DNA from: an uncultured Gammaproteobacteria bacterium
GTDB lineage: Bacteria; Patescibacteriota; Patescibacteriia; Patescibacteriales; GWC2-42-12
Direction of reading: 5' to 3'
Assembly: GCA_964560005.1 (NCBI GenBank)
Contig: CAZLKB010000003.1
Coordinates: 174,951-238,950, forward strand
Length of the DNA: 64,000 nt
Below the pieces are notes generated by a model. That model saw only the letters and a program-made list of their open reading frames with translations, had not been told where the DNA came from and ran no database searches. This document shows, piece after piece, positions 59,453-64,000 of the stretch (position 1 is the first letter of the stretch; each line of letters starts with the position of its first letter). Position numbers and translations under genes: made by a program.

Positions 59453-59489
59453 CCGCAATGATTGGAAAACCAATTCTTGCGGTTTTTTT
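59453..59489 (+). terminator. Rho-independent terminator
   Basis: ccgcaa..attgg aaaa ccaat..ttgcgg followed by T7. Confidence 0.85.
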
Positions 59490-59640
59490 ATTTTTGCATT
59501 ATCTTAATTAAGAAATAATTTTGTCTTCTTAAAATTTTCCTTATCATTTTCTACTACCTGCCGGTTTTCCGGAGATTTTGGCATAAGTTTATTCAGTTTA
59601 AAATAGTTATACCGATATTATACCATTTATCCCGCTAATA

Positions 59641-59886
59641 AAAAAACGGGTGACTTTGATTTAATTTCTCAAGGTTACCCGTCTGGGCTACTTATTGCTT
59701 GCGTCTGCAAGCAACCCCTCCCATCATGCCCAAGGAGGGAGTCGCCGGACAGCACGTCTTAATTGTTGTTATTGTTGTTTGATCTGTACATAAAATAGGC
59801 GCCTTTTTAATGAGCCATACTTCACTTTAAGGTTAATACAACTAACCCTCGTGGATCGTTTAACCCTCGTGGATCGTTGTTCCGTT
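59641..59886 (-). ncRNA. Candidate about 245-nt structured small RNA of unknown class
   Basis: Own promoter (59893-59921), tandem 18-nt repeat forming ACGA-loop hairpins, 8-bp hairpin ttgcttgc-agac-gcaagcaa, terminal hairpin plus T6; no ORF longer than 10 codons. Confidence 0.4.
59843..59878. repeat. Perfect tandem direct repeat, 18 bp x2
   Basis: taaccctcgtggatcgtt taaccctcgtggatcgtt. Confidence 0.95.
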
Positions 59887-59892
59887 ATTTTG

Positions 59893-59921
59893 ATAATAGC
59901 ACAGCTCTTTTTTTCTGACAA
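59893..59921 (-). promoter_or_regulatory. Candidate promoter of the small RNA
   Basis: On the - strand: TTGTCA - 17 nt - TATTAT, starting 20 nt after the stop of the upstream gene. Confidence 0.5.
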
Positions 59922-59941
59922 GGCTAAGATTACAGGCTAGA

Positions 59942-60544
59942 TTAATACAGCGCCATTTCTTCCGAGCTGATATTAAAAATTTCTTTGCCGAAATAATGCG
60001 TCCTTAACTCCGCTAAATTCAAAATATGGTGCTTGCCGCCTTTAACGATTTCATAGACTCTTATCTCTCCCCGCTGGCGAATTAGCTGGCCGTTTAAATG
60101 TCCGCGCGTCTGATATTTAGACAGCTCTTCCGCTGTAGTTTTTATAATCGCCCGGCCTCGGTATTTCTCCAGCTCTTTTAAATTCGCGATCTGTTTTTTC
60201 GCTTGGTCTTGGATAATATAAATTTTACGATCACCGGCCCGCAGTAAAGTCCCGTCCGGATAAATTTTTTCGCCTAAAACCCGCGTATCGGCCGCGACCG
60301 GCCGAATTTCCGCTGTCTGGTTCTCGCTAAGCTGGCTGGCCGGCTGATTCTGTATCGGTAATATACCCGACCCGCCGCTATTTTGAATTATCGGCGCCGG
60401 CGCGATTATAACCGGCTCTTCTACCGGCGGATTATTTCCGGACACTGCGCCGGGGTTAGTGCTGATTGAACCGGTAATTTCCGAGGCGCCGGCGCCGGAA
60501 GAAAAAAACATGGATAGAATAATAACCAATAATACTTTTTTCAT
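59942..60544 (-). CDS. Secreted hypothetical protein
   Basis: Signal peptide MKKVLLVIILSMFFSSGAGA; 200 aa; no family recognised. Confidence 0.6.
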   Translation of the reverse strand: MKKVLLVIILSMFFSSGAGASEITGSISTNPGAVSGNNPPVEEPVIIAPAPIIQNSGGSGILPIQNQPASQLSENQTAEIRPVAADTRVLGEKIYPDGTLLRAGDRKIYIIQDQAKKQIANLKELEKYRGRAIIKTTAEELSKYQTRGHLNGQLIRQRGEIRVYEIVKGGKHHILNLAELRTHYFGKEIFNISSEEMALY

Positions 60545-60568
60545 GGGATTTTTGTGATTATATTTTAT

Positions 60569-61957
60569 TTATTCCGTCAAAATACCGTAGCTTGAGCTAT
60601 AATAGCCCGCCGTCGTGCCGACCGGCACTTTCATTCTAACGATTATTTTAACCTGCCGTCCGGCGGCCGCTCCGTTGTCAATCCCGGCTATGTCGGCGCC
60701 AGCCGCCGGATAAGCCGCGTTAGCCGTAATGTCGTGCCAAATCGTACCGTTATCCACGCTATATTGCATGTTGGCGGCGGCGTCCAGAGCGGTTCCGCCG
60801 ATCCATTGATTAAATTTCATTTTCAAAGTAGTTTCCGCCTGATTCCAGACCGTGATATTAAATTCCCATTGCCAGCCGTCCGCGTATTGGTTATTAGCTC
60901 TGGCCGAAGATTCGGTCATTGTTAGAGAATCCAAAGTAATGCCGCAAGGTAGGGTGGTGAAACTGCCGTCGCTGGTTTGGTCATTTTCCGTGGCGTCAAT
61001 ATTCTCGGCATAAATAACATAATGGTAAACGGTGGCGCAGGCCAGGCCGGTTAAATCTATAACCTTAGTAAAGTTCGCGCTTACGGTGCTAGACGCGGTT
61101 GAACTGGCGTAAGCGGTATTTAATCCATACCTGACCAGCGCATTGCCCGCGGAATTAACCTGAAAAACTATTTGCGCGTTAGTTGAATTAATATTTTGTA
61201 CCGGTGCGGCGTCGGGCGTAATGGTCAATAAAACCGTACCGCCGATATCATCGTCGCCGCCGATCGCCGCTCCGTTTTTTGGCGTCGGATTGCTTGACTG
61301 CATGAAATCAACATTATTATTATCGCTATCTTCTCCGCTGGATGTCCTGACAATGCTTCCGCCTGCCAACGGGTTAGCTGCCGCGGAGCTGCCTTCATAA
61401 AATAAAGCTGCGCCAAAGCCGACAAAATCAATGATATCCAAATCGGTGGAACTGGCAATATTGTCATTATTATTCACCAGATAAATTATATTATCATTGG
61501 TTAAAGAAAATGTACTGCCCGCCGCCAAAACATCGGCTAAATCCTTTAAACTCTGCGTCGTTGACGCATGATCTCTAACGATCAATAAATAACCTCCGGC
61601 AGGAATAATACTATTATTCACCCCGACGCCGGAAAAAGATTTTTTATATAAGCTGGCGCCCGAGGAATTTGTTTTCTGGATAGACCAGCTACTTAAATCA
61701 ATGGGTGCGGCAGTTGGATTATAAAGCTCAACCCAATCATCATAGGCGCCTCCGGCGCTAACAGCGCCTTCAATGCTGACTTCATTTATCACTACATGAT
61801 CAGCTAAGGCGGCTTTAGCCTGATCAGCCAGGCCAAGACCTAAGCCGATTAGAAAAAATAAAAAAACGCCCACGGTAAATCCATTAGGCATTTTGCCCGC
61901 TTCACAGAGAAGCAAGCCTCCCCTCCTTTGGTTGCTCATAATTTTGTTTATCGCCAA
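60569..61957 (-). CDS. Lamin-tail-domain (LTD) extracellular protein; start uncertain
   Basis: VVINEVSIEG...DDWVELYNPTAAPIDLSSWSI matches the LTD core; hydrophobic signal/anchor; Met at 61939 or 61891 are alternative starts. Confidence 0.78.
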   Translation of the reverse strand: MAINKIMSNQRRGGLLLCEAGKMPNGFTVGVFLFFLIGLGLGLADQAKAALADHVVINEVSIEGAVSAGGAYDDWVELYNPTAAPIDLSSWSIQKTNSSGASLYKKSFSGVGVNNSIIPAGGYLLIVRDHASTTQSLKDLADVLAAGSTFSLTNDNIIYLVNNNDNIASSTDLDIIDFVGFGAALFYEGSSAAANPLAGGSIVRTSSGEDSDNNNVDFMQSSNPTPKNGAAIGGDDDIGGTVLLTITPDAAPVQNINSTNAQIVFQVNSAGNALVRYGLNTAYASSTASSTVSANFTKVIDLTGLACATVYHYVIYAENIDATENDQTSDGSFTTLPCGITLDSLTMTESSARANNQYADGWQWEFNITVWNQAETTLKMKFNQWIGGTALDAAANMQYSVDNGTIWHDITANAAYPAAGADIAGIDNGAAAGRQVKIIVRMKVPVGTTAGYYSSSYGILTE

Positions 61958-61988
61958 GCCGGCGATAAAGATTAAGAATTATAATTAA

Positions 61989-62018
61989 ATTATAAAATAT
62001 AACAAAGAAAATTGTCAA
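61989..62018 (-). promoter_or_regulatory. Candidate promoter for the LTD gene
   Basis: On the - strand: TTGACA - 18 nt - TATAAT. Confidence 0.5.
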
Positions 62019-62170
62019 TTAAATTAATATTTTCTATAACAAACCAACTATATATCTTTAATGATTTGTTTATGCTTTAAAAACTTAATCATATTACTGC
62101 TTCCCGCCCATAGCTTAAGCGCGCTTAAAAAGCCTAAGAAATCCTAAAATAGTCAACCGGTTTAATTCAG

Positions 62171-63784
62171 TTATATTTTACCACTTTTTTCCTGCTTTAA
62201 CAATTTTGACCGTTGTAATTTAATTATAATGAATATGGCTAAAAAATAATATAAAATTATCCAGCCAATGGACAAATAGCTGATTTCTAAAGAACTGTGC
62301 GGCAGGCTAGCGAAAAACCTTACCGCCGCTAGAATATATTTGGTTAAAATCAAACTGGGCAGAAAAAAAATAAACGACCAGCCGGGCAGAAAAAAACTTA
62401 TAGGCAAGGCCGCTAAAATTAAAACGGTTAAAATCGGCAAAGCCCAAAGCACGGCTAAGTTGGCCAAGGGCGCAATCAAAGAGATCTGCGAAAAATTATA
62501 AGCCAAGATCGGCAAAGTAAATACTTGCGCGGCCAAGGTAATCAAAAGCGCATCGCTTAAACCTTTTAATTTAGGCAACTTAATCTTTTCCCATAAGGCT
62601 TCAAGGATTGGATAAGCATAAACCAGGCCGGCGATAGCTAAAAAGGACAACTGAAACCCCACGTCATCGCGCAACAATTTTGGATTAATAATTAGCAGTA
62701 CGGCCGCGGTTAGAACTAACGAATTAGTCATTTTATTCAGCCGGCCCAGCTTTAAAGCCCAAAGCACTAAGAAGCCCATCAGTCCGGCGCGCATGGCCGA
62801 TGCCGGCAAACCCACTAAGACAATATAACCGGCTAAAAACAATGTCGCCAGATAAAAGGCATACCGACGGCTAAGGCCAATAGCTAACAGCACCACCATC
62901 ACTATGGCCGCTAAAATGCTAATATTAAAGCCGGACACGGCCATAATATGGGTTAAGCCGGCTTTTTGAAAATCATCTCTGATGCTTTGGGGCAAGCCTT
63001 TTTGCCCGCCGAAAACGATCGGCCGGGCTAAGCTGGACTCCGGTTCGCTTAAGCCGAAATCAATTAAACCGGACATAATCTTCTTAAAATTAATAATATT
63101 CCGATAAAATATATTTCCTCCGCCCGCCCGCTCAACTTTTATCTTAGGATAATAACCAACCGAATAGATATCATAGCGAGCCAAGTAGCGGTCATAAGCA
63201 AAACCCTTGAACTCTTCCGGCTGGACTAATTCACCGGTGATTTCCAGCTCATCGCCGTATTGAAATTCCGGATATAAATTAACGGTCAATAAAAGTTTGC
63301 CGGAAACTTTTCTGCAAAGCCCGGAGTTAACCTCGGCGTTAGGGCAAAGCTCGCCAACCTTAATTTTTAATTTCTGGCTCGTTTCCCTGATGTCCGGTTC
63401 GTCGGCTATAAACCCGCGCACTACCACTTCTTGATCGCCCGCTTGTTCCAGAGATAAGTTATAATGCCAAACTTTATCCGGCGTATTTACCGGCAGGCTG
63501 GCGGAGTAGCGCCAAATAGCGAAAAATAAAATTGCTACAAATAAAAAAACCAAGCGAACGATTTTTTGTCCAATTGGTTTTTCATACCGCCAAAACAGAA
63601 AGGTTAGAATCAAAAAAAATACAGTCAGGCCGAACCACCAAATTTTATACTGAAGCAGCCCGGCAGGCCCGCCCGCCGGCCAGGCGGGAAAAAACGAAGC
63701 TAAGGCAATGCCTAAAATAAAAACCAGGCAGCCGATTAAAAAAACTTTGCCTTTAGAAAACATTACCCCTCCTTGTATATGCAT
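62171..63784 (-). CDS. comEC: ComEC/Rec2 DNA internalisation channel (no C-terminal metallo-beta-lactamase domain)
   Basis: N-terminal TM plus OB-like region, then competence domain (GLTHIMAVSGFNISIL, polytopic C-terminal part); 537 aa. Confidence 0.9.
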   Translation of the reverse strand: MHIQGGVMFSKGKVFLIGCLVFILGIALASFFPAWPAGGPAGLLQYKIWWFGLTVFFLILTFLFWRYEKPIGQKIVRLVFLFVAILFFAIWRYSASLPVNTPDKVWHYNLSLEQAGDQEVVVRGFIADEPDIRETSQKLKIKVGELCPNAEVNSGLCRKVSGKLLLTVNLYPEFQYGDELEITGELVQPEEFKGFAYDRYLARYDIYSVGYYPKIKVERAGGGNIFYRNIINFKKIMSGLIDFGLSEPESSLARPIVFGGQKGLPQSIRDDFQKAGLTHIMAVSGFNISILAAIVMVVLLAIGLSRRYAFYLATLFLAGYIVLVGLPASAMRAGLMGFLVLWALKLGRLNKMTNSLVLTAAVLLIINPKLLRDDVGFQLSFLAIAGLVYAYPILEALWEKIKLPKLKGLSDALLITLAAQVFTLPILAYNFSQISLIAPLANLAVLWALPILTVLILAALPISFFLPGWSFIFFLPSLILTKYILAAVRFFASLPHSSLEISYLSIGWIILYYFLAIFIIIKLQRSKLLKQEKSGKI

Positions 63785-63800
63785 AATGAACTATATTTTA

Positions 63801-63945
63801 GGTCGCTGGGAAGAGAAGCGGTTTTGAGCGAATATGAAATTGTATTATTTTTTCTTTAAATTATCCAGACCCAATATATAATAATTTAAAGAAAAAATAC
63901 TCAAATTTCATCCTGAACGAAAAACCGCTTCTCTTCCCAGCGACC
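63801..63945. repeat. 145-bp near-perfect foldback (MITE-like) element upstream of comEC
   Basis: About 25-bp terminal arms ggtcgctgggaagagaagcggtttt / aaaaccgcttctcttcccagcgacc, inner arms tttctttaaatta / taatttaaagaaa. Confidence 0.85.
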
Positions 63946-64000
63946 AGTATTAAAAATCTATATAAACGGATCTTTCTTGGTAAAATCCGGCAACATCACG

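Noticed and set aside
59759-59791. The 10-codon ORF MYRSNNNNNN, considered as a leader peptide of an Asn-responsive attenuator.
   Set aside because: There is no convincing ribosome-binding site, no downstream gene on that strand, and the AAC/AAT run is also just a low-complexity repeat. It is kept only as a note within the sRNA finding.
59843-59878. Tandem hairpins with ACGA tetraloops, considered as a guanidine-II (mini-ykkC) riboswitch.
   Set aside because: As I recall the motif, the ACGR loop is closed by a G-C pair with the G on the 5' side (GG-ACGR-CC). Here the polarity is CC-ACGA-GG. The linker is only 4 nt and no transporter gene lies downstream.

Overview
This 64-kb window is a chromosomal segment that looks like a small-genome, CPR/Patescibacteria-type bacterium. 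That assignment is an inference from gene content: a pilin-like protein, a lamin-tail-domain protein next to ComEC, an O-antigen-ligase/TPR membrane protein, and very AT-rich spacers. Nearly all recognisable genes are housekeeping genes on the - strand: rplY, a SEDS protein, thrS, dnaE, parAB, groESL with promoter and CIRCE operator, a complete F1Fo ATP synthase operon (atpI-like, B, E, F, H, A, G, D, C), tatD, tsaC, ODC plus homospermidine synthase, metG, rsmI, typA and comEC. On the + strand are prfA-prmC, gyrB, mscL and one tRNA-Leu(CAA). I saw no CRISPR array, rRNA, transposase, integrase or recognisable defence system.

Four things stand out:
1. Self-contained promoter-ORF-terminator cassettes sit on the opposite strand between core genes. 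One is bounded by TGTCAT...ATGACA ends and lies antisense inside the atp operon. Others encode a Nudix hydrolase, a SixA-like phosphatase-fold pair and orphan small proteins.
2. An isolated purD / purB / purE-like / purC block lies next to the tRNA.
3. The repeat load is very dense: TGTCAT hairpins and composite inverted pairs, GC-rich mini-hairpins, 100-200 bp foldbacks, and AT-rich word dyads in almost every spacer. These repeats have also entered essential genes in frame (tsaC, atpA, rsmI, prmC, gyrB, thrS, metG).
4. Two promoter- or terminator-delimited non-coding or barely coding units of unknown identity occur at 28.4-28.8 kb and 59.6-59.9 kb.

All functional calls come from motifs read by eye. 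No database search was run.
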